This document shows, one piece after another, positions 1 to 21,200 of a stretch of DNA of 64,000 nt. Below the pieces are notes generated by a model that was not told where the DNA came from, made no database searches, and worked only from the letters and a program-made list of their open reading frames with translations. Every line of letters starts with the position of its first letter. Position 1 is the first letter of the stretch. The position numbers were made by a program, and so were the translations under genes. Source of the stretch: Tubulanus polymorphus (Eukaryota > Animalia > Nemertea); assembly GCF_964204645.1 (NCBI RefSeq), contig NC_134033.1, positions 14,702,655 to 14,766,654 on the forward strand. Direction: 5' to 3'.

Positions 1-802
1 AACATGAAGTAAAAACTCCTCAATCCTGAAATACGAAATCATGATTTAAACTTAGGAATTCGAAATGATTTAGCAACATTTCAAGTATGAATCTAAGGTA
101 TTGGAAAATGATAGATCATAGCAGAAATAAGAGTATAGAAAATACGTGTTTAATCTGTAATTCCCTACATCTAAACTCCATATCTGTGCATCCCGTATCT
201 AACTTCGTTTTCTTATTTCGAAAGCGAAAATATTTCAAAACAGATCATTTTCATCCCACCACATCACACATAAGCATTGCACTTGCGTGGGTTACAATGG
301 GTTGGTCATCAACATCCTGTTATGTACACCTCAACGCCGTCCATTCGAAATTACGAATGATTCTAATTTTCATGAAGCCATGGCAAATTGACAACAAAAC
401 ACAATTTATTTTGAGACGAATATATTCAAACAACACGATCGATTTCACTGATTCATTCAGCCTCATCAATTCTAATTCTGGGGTGCTGCTAACGCGAAAA
501 GAAGCTGTCTGTGCGGCCCAAGCAAAGCCTTAAGGCCGCTGTCGCAAGCACCCAGTAAGACACTCTCATATCTAGATAATTTGCGGTTCTTTCTACAGGA
601 TTCAATCAATCTATTAGTCAACACACGGGACAAACAACGCAGAGGACTTGTATACATCATTATCATCTAAACTGAAAGAATAGACTAATTTAAAATCACA
701 AATTTCGGACTATTTACACGAAGGAAGTCAGTGACCAAAAGTGGACAATATATGATCTTAAGGGTTACTTCGAAATCTCCGCCATTTTACTTATACACAT
801 CA

Positions 803-910
803 GGCCCGGTTTTATATACTGGTTTTATCTATAACCCCGGGGCTAACTCAATTCATTATCAATTGCGTCAGCCCCCGGGTTAAAGGTAATACCGGTCTAT
901 TAAACCGCGC
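803..910. mobile_element. MITE family C (palindromic, degenerate)
   Basis: ggcccggttttatatactggtttta...aaccccggggct pairs imperfectly with agcccccgggtt...taataccggtctattaaaccgcgc. Confidence 0.6.
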
Positions 911-1048
911 TGAGAAAATTAACCCCAATCAGTCGAAATTTTCAATCATGTACTTCGATTAGAAAATAAATCATGTAAATCGTACAAACGACCATCTTAC
1001 TATTATATCTGTACTAATCGAGTTCCGATTTCAAAATCTAACCCTCTG

Positions 1049-1155
1049 CACCCGGTTCCACAGTGTGGGTTAAACTTAACTATGAGTTGAAATCAGTTCA
1101 TTTTCAATGAGTTAACCCAGAGTCAAAACGTAACTCACAACTGCGGAACTGGGAC
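1049..1155. mobile_element. MITE family A copy 1 (Harbinger-like, CWG TSD)
   Basis: TIRs cccggttccacagt.../...actgcggaactggg, flanked by ctg/ctg; alignable to 3457 and 41169. Confidence 0.75.
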
Positions 1156-1329
1156 CTGATGGCGTTCCTGGCAGGCGTGGCTGGTGGGTTTGTAAGGTAC
1201 AACAAATCGAATCAACCAACGAATAAATAAGAAGTGTAATCCCTATTTTAAGATCGAACTCATCTCATCGCCCCTGCTTCGTTGCGCAAGGGAGGGAGCG
1301 CCGGAGTCTACTCCACGTCGCTGCTGCAA

Positions 1330-1593
1330 CCAATAAACAGCGCTTACGGGGGAAGAACGACTTCAAAACGGCCAATTAACAGCGCTCAACTGGGTAATAA
1401 GGAATATAAAATACGCTCAGTGAGAGCTGTTTATCAAATATGATATCTCACTCTCCTGCGCCAAACAGGTACGAAATAAACAGACTGACCACATAATTAT
1501 TAGCTGGGTCAACATCGAACCGTCGACATCCGAAACATAGAAATACCGAACGACGAATCGAAAAGAAAACAACAGAAAACGCTTAAGAAGTAA
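1330..1593 (+). promoter_or_regulatory. Putative Arx core promoter and non-coding first exon
   Basis: Two CCAAT-containing 15-mers (1330-1344, 1372-1386), TATAAAA at 1405-1411, and a strong donor gtaagtaagt at 1590. The ATG exon (4331) has an acceptor, so an upstream UTR exon is expected. Confidence 0.55.
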
Positions 1594-3456
1594 GTAAGTT
1601 TTATTCACGCTATAATCTATTGACGCTATAGATTTTCTTATCGATATCTTTAGTTTTTCAATTTTTCAGTATTTAAGCTTTTTAACATTAGTTCAGTGCT
1701 ATCTTAAAGATTGTTGAATTTATCTCTTTATTTCGTCGAAGCAATGAAAATAGATTCTGTTTAATAATTTTTTTTTTTTTCTATAATTAAACACTAGTTA
1801 GTGTAAATAATGAAAGAAAATATCATCATTCTACTTCGTTGAATTTGACTGTCATGATTTGCAGGATGAAAAACCGGTATTTTGATTTTAGTTTCGTATT
1901 CGAAATGAATCGGCGTTTTCCGTTATCGATGGTCAATTTGAAAAACAAATACTTTACCTAATTTGCATATTCATAACATACATCGAAATTGAATTGTCAA
2001 TGTCCTAAGACAATGTTCCTCACTAATTTGAACCGGACAATAGAGCGTTTTAAAATGTTCAATGCGATTAGATATGGTGATATTATTCGCCACAGTGACG
2101 AAAAAGTGGGATCTTGTTTTCACCAGAACTTAGATGCATCAAAACTAACATGAAATTTCACCTCAAATATTTTGATAACGAACAAATCTAAGCACTTTCT
2201 CGGATAAAAATAACAACTCACTATTTCATTAAACACGGGTTAATGCACAAAGCTGTCTTTTAGAAATATAGGTGTTATAGGTCAAGATTAATGTACATTT
2301 TAAACAGCACAAATACCACTTCAATCGAATTATCAGGTTGGACCAAGAGTAGATCCCGATTCTTTTACTACAACTGACTTTTTGAAGAACACTTTCAAAA
2401 TTTTACTGTACAAAGTGAAATTTGTTTCAGAAGAGGGCCAATCAATACATAGATATTCTTGCACCTGGCCCCAAGACCCACTGTATCTGTGCTTGGTGCA
2501 TCCGACCTGTGATTCTGCAGCGCTTACGGAGACATTTGAGAGTTGGGTATAGATAGCTTGGATGTTGGTTCCATCAGGATATAACCTGTTTGGGGACGAG
2601 GAGCCGCGTTTTGAAGAAAGCGTCGCCGGCAAATATTTACCCCCGAGACGCCGAGCCAACACGCCAACTTCCGCCGCATCGGTATAAACGCGTCGGCGAT
2701 GCTGAAATTATCCGAATCACTCAAATCAATTAATAGTCAATTTACTTTTCATAATTAGCAATACACATCAGGTTAGAAGATCAAATACGATGCATAAGTG
2801 ATGATGATCAGTTAGAGATATCGAGTCTCGCGCATCATGCCACTTTCTCTGTATATAAATCAAATTTGAATTATTAATTCTATTCATCTTGTATACAGTT
2901 ATAATCTCTAACTCGTCTACTTTTAATTAATTAATTGGCAATATCAATTGATCGCAGGTGCGCTATAGCGGCTTATAAACCTATTTGAAATTATGCAATT
3001 ATCGTAGCAGAAAGGCGTCGATGTTTGTCACGATACATTCGCGGATTTTGCCCCTATTCGGCCGGCGATGTATCAAACATACCCGTAATCGTTCTCGACG
3101 CCACCCGCCGAAATCGTACTCCATTTATTATCGTCTTTTCAACCGTGGACTCTAAACGATTAGGGTTTTGGTTTAAGAGTCCATGATTTAACCGAATTTG
3201 CGAGCGTCTCATCGGAATCGGGTGGTAAAAATCAGCATAGATGCGGCGGTCTTCAAAATGGAATATAGCGTGAGCGCAATGATGTTTCAATCATTTAAAT
3301 TGATAATTCACATCTCATCCCACATAAACGTTACTCATCATTAGTTACTGATGTAAAATACTCAAGTCAATACATAATAGAGGTAAACAAAGCGATGTGT
3401 ATAAAATAAAGACTATTCGACACTGAACACAGATTTTACTATTGTCACAGAAACAG

Positions 3457-3567
3457 GACCCGGTTCTATAGTTGTGAGTTAGATTTAACTCTGAGTTAAG
3501 ATTAGTTCATTTTCGATGAGTCAGCTTTGAGTCAAATCTTAACTCGGAACTCTGGATCGAACTGGGT
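3457..3567. mobile_element. MITE family A copy 2
   Basis: gacccggttctatagttgtgagttag...taactcggaactctggatcgaactgggt, flanked by cag/cag. Confidence 0.75.
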
Positions 3568-4340
3568 CAGAATAACACATAGAGAACATTTTAACGGTTC
3601 TAACTTGCTTTTTGAGATGGACATAAAACATGGCCCAGCGATGTTGATACATGAAACATGAGCGCGCCATCTTCGGAGAAAATTCAACCAAAATGATAAT
3701 AGATATTGATATTATAGAAGACTTCGCTCATGTCGGGTATTTTGGGACCGACTTGAGTGATCTGATCACAAAGATATTTAATAAAACGAGTTAATCAAGG
3801 AGGGACCAGACCCGTACCAAATCTTAGCACGGATCAAATCATTGCGTTTGAATTGCTACTGGTTCAGAAAGTGACACACTTCACTTAAGTTTTGTTTAAG
3901 TATCGAATGAGTGGTTTACGTGCGAGCGCGCTCTCTCTAATTTGGCACGGGCCAAATTCGACTCGGGCCTGTGATCCGTACCCGCTGCTATACACAGTGT
4001 TACCGTTAAACATGCGTGACAGCAGAAATTTCACATGCGATCAGGGCGTGTCACATTCGCGCTATCATTGAATTGAATCCAATCATCGCCTCCACAAAAC
4101 TATCATCTCGTTTAGTTACAACTTGTTAATTAGTTTTTCCAAACATATTTATTAGTTCGCCGCGAGCCGAAATGTATATTATCATACCGCTAATGGTACT
4201 AATATCGGTTTCTATTAACGCTCGCGATGGACACACAGTTACATAGTCGTGCCGTTCTTCACAGAGACAGCACCACAACTTGGCAGCTTCGGAGGAGATA
4301 TTATCATAAGAACAATCGTTTTTATTTCAGAAGTTGAAAC

Positions 4341-11976
<7,636 letters not shown>

Positions 11977-12049
11977 CTCTGTCAGCCGCTGTGCGATCGA
12001 TTACGCCAAGTTTCCGAAGAACAAACACAACAGGAGACCGGATCCGAAC

Positions 12050-12302
12050 CAGGGGCGGATTTAGAGGAACTTATCCTACTCTGATGCCAAAAAAGGCAAT
12101 ATAAGGTATATTCCTGTCCCGCACTAAGGGGCTAGTTGTGAGGAACTTTCAAGTCTTAAGAGGGGACTTCGATGTTGGATAAAGGCAATATAAAGCATAC
12201 TCCCACACTGGAATTCATCAATTTCCTCTGATGACAAAATGGAAAAATGACGCTCAAATGTATGTACCTTGCAAGTCTCACAAGTTTCCTGGATCCGCAA
12301 TG
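12050..12302. mobile_element. Degenerate element with the same TIR type, in the Arx 3'UTR
   Basis: caggggcggatttag ... cctggatccgcaatg. Confidence 0.45.
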
Positions 12303-13750
12303 TACAATGTTGAATCCATGTATTCAAGACAGTAAATCTATATCCCCTTAAATGTATCATTTTTTAATGTTAAGTTGTTTTGTCCACAACAAGTGCTTCA
12401 TGACGTAACCGCTTAATGTGTTCGAAAACGTATTTGAATCCTTGATTACAAACGCTAGCAATATCTAAATTCCTGGTTGGTCGTCAATTCTAAGTTATTT
12501 TGCCCACAAGTGTTTGACGATGTAACAATATTGTGTTTGAGAGTGTATTCAAATCCGTAATTGTTACACGCTAGCGCTATAAACCCAGTTCTGCATACAG
12601 TAAAGCTAATTTGAAAAAAAGATTACCTGGTTTGTCGTCAATAGTGGTAATGTTGTACGATCAGAACGTTTTGTACACCCTGTGTTTATTAGATCACGTA
12701 AGAAAAATTCTATTTGTAAAAGTGACACGTATTGTTAAAAGCAAACTCCATGAAATCTTGTATATATGTTATAATGATGTATACTAGAAATATATCTAAT
12801 GTATCGATTAAATTATGTTTTCAAAATGTCGTAAACTTTCTGTTGTTCCTTTGATTCGATTTGGTAGATATAGAATAACTCCTGGCGAGCGACGATCCAG
12901 AGAGATTCACACCGGGCGGAAATGGCTCCGTCTAACGACTATCTCCGTCTCGGAGACAAGATGCGACTCGGTGTCACCTGACACAGCCATGCGCAGTTAA
13001 CGGAAATTGGCAGTATGAATGCACTGGTAGCGCGGCTTGTGCGCGCACGGAGGATGACTTTCAATTTATGAATATAATGCAATAAATATTTAATGACACG
13101 AGGACTGGGCATTTATAGAAAATTAATTGACTGATGACAGGAAATCGAGTTGATGATCGCTGCACACGATGCAAAAGATCATATATTAAACAAAGCTATG
13201 AGGCAATGACGGACAGTAAATTTGTTAACATAAGGAATATTGGTTTCCATAGTCAGTCAGTTACCAGGTATGCTTGATCATGATTTAACTGAATAAATAA
13301 GCCACAACCATGTAGGGAAACTTAAGAGGGGATATTTTAACTCAATTCTATGAGCTATTGTAAAAAATGAATCGAATCGATGTGATAAAAACGCAGGCCC
13401 GTAACAAAAAAAAACAATCAAACGAAATCTACCAATTAGATTAATGATAGAGTCAATCCCTATTTTTAGATCAACAACGACTACACTATAGTACATGTAG
13501 CCTATAAAGACAAATTGTGTTCAGTTATTTCCTTCGATCATCAAGAATTGCCCACAGGCCATAACTGAGCATCACATTTTCAAAATCCTGCCGGGTGGGC
13601 CCCAGATCCCGTTAAATTCCACTTAAATTCTTACATTCTTTTGGAAGGATTTAAAGGACATTGTCTAATGGGAAAATAAAAACAAATTACAAGATTACAC
13701 AGGCCCTTTGGATAATATTCGCTGTTTTTTCCTTGGAGAGATATGTTTTA

Positions 13751-13756
13751 TTTATT
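13751..13756 (-). terminator. Probable polyadenylation signal of the giant-protein gene
   Basis: AATAAA on the - strand (overlapping AATAAATAAA) ~105 nt downstream of the stop codon. Confidence 0.55.
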
Positions 13757-13860
13757 AAACGGAATCAATTTATTTACAAACAAATTTCACGTTGTCGAGC
13801 TACAGTGAAAAATGAGATAAATGACATTCAGTATTTGCCGGTACGTCAAGCAGATACGTC

Positions 13861-15200
13861 TTATAGTGGCGCCGCCACGCGCCGGAAGCAGGAAAGATAA
13901 AATTCCGTGTTCGAGTCCTTGGTATTATTAGCATTTGTCATCAACGTTATCTGAAATGTCAACAATCGATGATTCAATCGATCATACTCTAAAGACATTC
14001 CCTACGTCAGGTGTTCAAGGAAATTCCCTAAAATCTCATTGAAAATTCTACTTTCAAGTTTTCATCACCTACCATAGTCAGCAGTTTTATCAAATCGTGT
14101 ATCGCTTCAACGTCAATAATTATATCTTGAAAATAACAAAAACAAAGGAAATTATGTTAAGGCTGGAGTTGAAAAAGATTGTTTTTATATTTTGAATAGA
14201 AAAACGTAAGAACATTTTCACATATTCAAAGGCCTACCATTTTATTCAACGTCGCTCTGAGCAAGTTCATCCCTTTATTTTTGTTGTGGGGTTTGCTTCG
14301 TTTGACGGCCGCTTGTCTCGAATTTGACACGATCTTCAATAACGAACTCACTCTATGCGCCTTTTTAGCTTGTGATTTGGCGGCTAGTTGATTCTGTAGA
14401 TAGACGATAGAAGATTAACTTATATAGAGAAGAAATGATAGCTTTTGGACCTAGAGACATTATTCGTCAATGTATTCTTCAAAAGGAGTGCTCCTAGAAT
14501 ATGATCATGTATTCAGACATTATTCAGATAAATATATTATTCCAATCATTCCCAGATCCCTTTGAACCGGTACTTAGCCAACGATTTAGACTTACTGTCT
14601 TAGCGGCTGACGGCTTCTGTGACTTTACATTTTGACCAAGCGGCATTCCCTGTGATGGAAAATGACGATCGTAAAGCAAAAACAAAAACTATTTGTAATT
14701 CCCTGATGGCCTGAACTCTTTCAACGATGAATGAATGAATCACCATAATCGATGGGAAAAAATCGAGATTTTAAATGTGGGTTCTTTAAGTAAGAGTAGC
14801 TCCATTTCTATGGGAAGGATACGGTTGAATAATTATTACAGTTACAACGCATTATGTACATCTTCTACCTTGACATCTGCCGCAGTTGCTTTCAATTTTG
14901 CCTCAGGTACCATCTTCATCACCGGTTTGTTGACGGTTACCGATCTATCTCTTTGACCTTTTGGCAACGCAATCGGCATTTTCACTGTTTTGACGACGTC
15001 ATCCAGCTTCTTAGCTTTCTCAGCACCGGTGCTGTTACCAGCTGAGACGTCAGACGTAGCATTTCCAGCAGTGGCGTTTCCAACAGTAGTATTTTCAGCC
15101 GTGGTGTTTCCAGCAGTAGCACCTTCCGACGAAGCATTCTTAGGTTTGAGGCCTTCGAGCTTTTTTCCAAGTTCATCCCGTAGCTCTTGTGGGCAGGGCA
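13861..15200 (-). CDS. Giant protein terminal exons (NxT/S pentapeptide repeats, basic tail, stop)
   Basis: Exon 14869-15200 lies within ORF 14842..15357; then 14596-14649, 14238-14393 and 13861-13950, ending ...FRRVAAPL*. Confidence 0.72.
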
Positions 15201-18200
15201 CTGTTAAGCGAATTGTATAACAGAAATAAGCATTTTGCATCCAATGATTGCAGCAGATAAACATTACGAGCTTGTGTACGACGTGTGAAGTTCGTGTCAA
15301 ATCCACTTTGTTCAGATTGTGCAACTTGGGAGTAGATGCAGGAAAATGCAAACCCACTCCGTCTTAAATTGAGCGCAAATTGTTGAGTATGGTTACTTCC
15401 AGATGGAACACGCTATAGACATGCATGTTTTAGCAGCCGATCAACATGCACAGGGTGATTTTTTTTCTATTTTGATGCCATTATCTTTTATACACACGAT
15501 TAAGATCTCTAAAACCAAAAGATATAAGTTAATCTAGTTGTAGTGTAAACGATGATTTGAAAGAACTTACGTTTCATAGAATTTCCTTTGCCTGTGGGTA
15601 AATCGAAACAGAAAAGACAGTAACAGGTGAGACTGGTTTAAATAAGACAAAAAACGAAGACTCAATCGAGTGACCCAGTGCTATGCTTACTTATGCAGAG
15701 ATCTCCGTACAGATTCCAACCGCGTGGACACTTGAATTCTAAATAATATAGAAACATCAGAAATTATTATTCAAATGTCTTTGTTGTAGTTTAATCTTTC
15801 GGAACCATACGCACTGTAACATTTGCCGTCATGTCTAATCCATGAAACTTCACACGTCTTCTCTCCCTCCTTTATTGGTTGTTCTAAATGGAGAAAATTA
15901 CATTACGCTGCTACAAACAATTCTGACTAGTTTGCAAATCGGTACAAATTTTATGATATCAATTATGCCACAGACTATATGACGAGATGCATAAATAAAT
16001 GCACATTAAGGACATACCTTTGGCGCACATGCCGTTCATTGGTTTGTAGAGTGGATCACAGGAGTATACTATAAATGATAATACCAGTAATAAACATATG
16101 GATTATAATAACTACGTAATGCAAAATGCAAAAGTTGATAAATTAACGATTCATTTCAAGTAGTGCTTCCTTTATAAGCTTGCTATACTTAGATTACTTA
16201 ATCGACCTGGAAAAATAATCACCATCTGCTAACTCGGATATGGGTCTACGTAAGGTTGTGATGATTTTGATACTTACCAAACGTCGATTTACTCACGAAT
16301 CCGTACATCGCGTTCGCATTTGGCTTTTCTGAAATAGGAGAGTGTATATTCAACGACGATCCAATTTTGCACAATGACATCAGTGAAATATTTACCTGAA
16401 ATGGCATAATTAATTCTTTTCGAAACTTAATTGGTTAACAACGCAATGAAAGTGTTTTATAGGCCTAATAAACTACTAGGTGTTAACCCAATACCATGAA
16501 AAATACCGATATACAGACAATGACAAAATAAACGATAAATGATTAAGATCGAGAGAATAGATAAAATACCTGAACATTTATCGAATCCTACCATGATTGA
16601 TCCCAATGGACAGACACGTTCTGAAATTTAGATACAAAACAAACCATATAATTCGACATCGGTAATGCCACAATTAAAAGGGCCCTAAAATCTTGGCGTG
16701 AAAAAATAAGAAAAAAGCAAACCGCTGTCAATTCAGTTACGTGGTTTTGATAGGCGGAGGTGAATAAATAAATCATTCGATCACTCTGCTTTACCAAACA
16801 GAATTTTTGATTCCCATTCAGAAAAAGCCAGTAATTTTTTTCTCGTTAATTGCCTTTCCACCTGGTCTGGGCGTTATCCATGGCAAACGGAGGCCCCAAA
16901 TCATACTTACTTATGCATGCTCCATCGATAAGATGCCATTTAGGTGGACAATCCTTCCAGGAGCGCGGTAGAGAAAATCCTAAAATAAACAGTGATCAAA
17001 GAAGACATTTATATCTGATAAGCTTGATTGAATAGAAACAGGTTGGGTCGAAGATTCATTCACTTACGCGCTGCACAGAATCTCTTATTCAGTGGTTGAA
17101 ATCCATCAGGGCAATTAACTACAACAAACGAATGAGTATCAGTGTCAATATAAATTAAATATTCGGTAGTATCTCGAAATCTTCAAATTTCAAGCTTGTT
17201 TTACTAACGTTTTAATTTTGATGTACAATGTTCGTTTTCTGAAATGTTAAGTTCAAGTATTGAATGTGGGATGATAAAAACAGGTGAGCTGAAGTAACAG
17301 TAAAACCAGCAGGCCTGGGCGAACATACCTGTGCAATGTATACCAAGACAATCAAGGATCTTTCTCTGGTAGGTCGTAAATTTAGAATACGCCTTGTCCA
17401 TATCAGCCAGTTTACCCCCTTCCGATTTCAATTTTTCATATTCATCTTTAGCAGATGCATATTGTTTCATATTACTATCTGTCAGACACTTAAAAGGACT
17501 CGCTAGTGATGGGGGCTTAGGCTTCCCTGCCGATTTGGACTTTTCAGCAGCTTCTAATTTCTTTTCTTCCTTCTTTTCATCTTTGGCGGCTTCTTCGACT
17601 TTTTTCTTATCCTCGGTGACTTCTTTTTTAACTTCTTCAACTTTTTTCTCAGCCCCCGGCTTTCCTTCGGCCTTTTCTTTCTCAGCTTCCTTGAGTTTAT
17701 TTTCCTTTTCTTTGAGTTTCTCAGTTTTCTCCTCTACTTTCTTCTTGGCTTTTTCTGTTTTTTCCTTTTTCTCCTCGACTTCTTTTGCGGCTCCTTTTTT
17801 GGCTGGAGCTGGAGCACCGGTTTCCTCTTTCTTTTTGGCCTCGTCCAATTTCTTTTCTTCTTTCTTTTCATCTTTGACGGCTTCTTCGACTTTTTTCTTA
17901 TCCTCGGTGACTTCTTTTTTAACTTCTTCAACTTTTTTCTCAGCTCCCGGCTTTCCTTCGGCCTTTTCTTTCTCAGCTTCTTTGAGTTTATTTTCCTTTT
18001 CTTTGAGTTTCTCAGTTTTCTCCTCTACTTTCTTCTTGGCTTTTTCTGTTTTTTCCTTTTTCTCCTCGACTTCTTTTGCGGCTCCTTCTTTGGCTGGAGC
18101 TGGAGCGCCGGTTTCCTCTTTCTTTTTGGCCTCGTCCAATTTCTTTTCTTCCTTCTTCTCATCTTCGGCCGCTTCTTCGACTTTTTTCTTATCCTCGGTG

Positions 18201-21200
18201 ACTTCTTTTTTAACTTCTTCAACTTTTTTCTCAGCCCCAGGCTTTCCTTCGGCTTTTTCTTTCTCAGCTTCTTTGAGTTTATTTTCCTTTTCTTTGAGTT
18301 TCTCAGTTTTCTCCTCTACTTTCTTCTTGGCTTTTTCTGTTTTTTCCTTTTTCTCCTCGACTTCTTTTGCGGCTCCCTCTTTGATTGGAGCTGGAGCACC
18401 GGTTTCTTCTTTCTTTTTGGCCTCGTCCAATTTCTTTTCTTCCTTCTTTTCATCTTCGGCGGCTTCTTCGACTTTTTTCTTATCCTCGGTGACTTCTTTT
18501 TTAACTTCTTCAACTTTTTTCTCAGCCCCAGGCTTTCCTTCGGCTTTTTCTTTCTCAGCTTCTTTGAGTTTATTTTCCTTTTCTTTGAGTTTCTCAGTTT
18601 TCTCCTCTACTTTCTTCTTGGCTTTTTCTGTTTTTTCCTTTTTCTCCTCGACTTCTTTTGCGGCTCCCTCTTTGATTGGAGCTGGAGCACCGGTTTCTTC
18701 TTTCTTTTTGGCCTCGTCCAATTTCTTTTCTTCCTTCTTTTCATCTTTGACGGCTTCTTCGACTTTTTTCTTATCCTCGGTGACTTCTTTTTTAACTTCT
18801 TCAACTTTTTTCTCAGCCCCCGGCTTTCCTTCGGCTTTTTCTTTCTCAGCTTCTTTGAGTTTATTTTCCTTTTCTTTGAGTTTCTCAGTTTTCTCCTCTA
18901 CTTTCTTCTTGGCTTCTTCTGTTTTTTCCTTTTTCTCCTCGACTTCTTTCGCGGCTCCTTCTTTGGCTGGAGCTGGAGCACCAGTTTCTTCTTTCTTTTC
19001 ATCTTTGACGGCTTCTTCGACTTTTTTCTTATCCTCGGTGACTTCTTTTTTAACTTCTTCAACTTTTTTCTCAGCCCCCGGCTTTCCTTCGGCTTTTTCT
19101 TTCTCAGCTTCTTTGAGTTTATTTTCCTTTTCTTTGAGTTTCTCAGTTTTCTCCTCTACTTTCTTCTTGGCTTTTTCTGTTTTTTCCTTTTTCTCCTCGA
19201 CTTCTTTTGCGGCTCCTTCTTTGGCTGGAGCTGGAGTGCCGGTTTCCTCTTTCTTTTTGGCCTCGTCCAATTTCTTTTCTTCCTTCTTTTCATCTTTGAC
19301 GGCTTCTTCGACTTTTTTCTTATCCTCGGTGACTTCTTTTTTAACTTCTTCGACTTTTTTCTCAGCCCCCGGCTTTCCTTCGGCCTTTTCTTTCTCAGCT
19401 TCTTTGAGTTTATTTTCCTTTTCTTTGAGTTTCTCAGTTTTCTCCTCTACTTTCTTCTTGGCTTTTTCTGTTTTTTCCTTTTTCTCCTCGACTTCTTTTG
19501 CGGCTCCTTCTTTGGCTGGAGCTGGAGCGCCGGTTTCCTCTTTCTTTTTGGCCTCGTCCAATTTCTTTTCTTCCTTCTTCTCATCTTCGGCCGCTTCTTC
19601 GACTTTTTTCTTATCCTCGGTGACTTCTTTTTTAACTTCTTCAACTTTTTTCTCAGCCCCCGGCTTTCCTTCGGCCTTTTCTTTCTCAGCTTCCTTGAGT
19701 TTATTTTCCTTTTCTTTGAGTTTCTCAGTTTTCTCCTCTACTTTCTTCTTGGCTTTTTCTGTTTTTTCCTTTTTCTCCTCGACTTCTTTTGCTGCTCCTT
19801 CTTTGGCTGGAGCTGGAGCGCCGGTTTCCTCTTTCTTTTTGGCCTCGTCCAATTTCTTTTCTTCCTTCTTTTCATCTTTGACGGCTTCTTCGACTTTTTT
19901 CTTATCCTCGGTGACTTCTTTTTTAACTTCTTCAACTTTTTTCTCAGCCCCAGGCTTTCCTTCGGCCTTTTCTTTCTCAGCTTCTTTGAGTTTATTTTCC
20001 TTTTCTTTGAGTTTCTCAGTTTTCTCCTCTACTTTCTTCTTGGCTTCTTCTGTTTTTTCCTTTTTCCCCTCGACTTCTTTCGCGGCTCCTTCTTTGGCTG
20101 GAGCTGGAGCACCAGTTTCTTCTTTCTTTTCATCTTTGACGGCTTCTTCGACTTTTTTCTTATCCTCGGTGACTTCTTTTTTAACTTCTTCGACTTTTTT
20201 CTCAGCCCCCGGCTTTCCTTCGGCCTTTTCTTTCTCAGCTTCTTTGAGTTTATTTTCCTTTTCTTTGAGTTTCTCAGTTTTCTCCTCTACTTTCTTCTTG
20301 GCTTTTTCTGTTTTTTCCTTTTTCTCCTCGACTTCTTTTGCGGCTCCTTCTTTGGCTGGAGCTGGAGCGCCGGTTTCCTCTTTCTTTTTGGCCTCGTCCA
20401 ATTTCTTTTCTTCCTTCTTCTCATCTTCGGCCGCTTCTTCGACTTTTTTCTTATCCTCGGTGACTTCTTTTTTAACTTCTTCAACTTTTTTCTCAGCCCC
20501 CGGCTTTCCTTCGGCCTTTTCTTTCTCAGCTTCCTTGAGTTTATTTTCCTTTTCTTTGAGTTTCTCAGTTTTCTCCTCTACTTTCTTCTTGGCTTTTTCT
20601 GTTTTTTCCTTTTTCTCCTCGACTTCTTTTACTGCTCCTTCTTTGGCTGGAGCTGGAGCGCCGGTTTCCTCTTTCTTTTTGGCCTCGTCCAATTTCTTTT
20701 CTTCCTTCTTTTCATCTTTGACGGCTTCTTCGACTTTTTTCTTATCCTCGGTGACTTCTTTTTTAACTTCTTCAACTTTTTTCTCAGCCCCAGGCTTTCC
20801 TTCGGCTTTTTCTTTCTCAGCTTCTTTGAGTTTATTTTCCTTTTCTTTGAGTTTCTCAGTTTTCTCCTCTACTTTCTTCTTGGCATTTTCTGTTTTTTCC
20901 TTTTTCCCCTCGACTTCTTTCGCGGCTCCTTCTTTGGCTGGAGCTGGAGCACCAGTTTCTTCTTTCTTTTTGGCCTCGTCCAATTTCTTTTCTTCCTTCT
21001 TTTCATCTTTGACGGCTTCTTCGACTTTTTTCTTATCCTCGGTGACTTCTTTTTTAACTTCTTCAACTTTTTTCTCAGCCCCCGGCTTTCCTTCGGCTTT
21101 TTCTTTCTCAGCTTCTTTGAGTTTATTTTCCTTTTCTTTGAGTTTCTCAGTTTTCTCCTCTACTTTCTTCTTGGCTTCTTCTGTTTTTTCCTTTTTCTCC

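Noticed and set aside
87-2724. Short ORFs upstream of Arx (87..533, 2333..2662, etc.)
   Set aside because: No recognisable domains or consistent splice structure; expected by chance.
16278-16296. Alternative donor TTC|gtgagt at 16297
   Set aside because: Phase 0 is incompatible with the next phase-1 exon; the downstream G|gtaagt keeps the frame.
17204-17328. C-terminus of the 2530-aa ORF (MFAQACWFYC...) as the true protein end
   Set aside because: Read-through into an intron after G|gtatgt at 17329; in-phase exons continue downstream.
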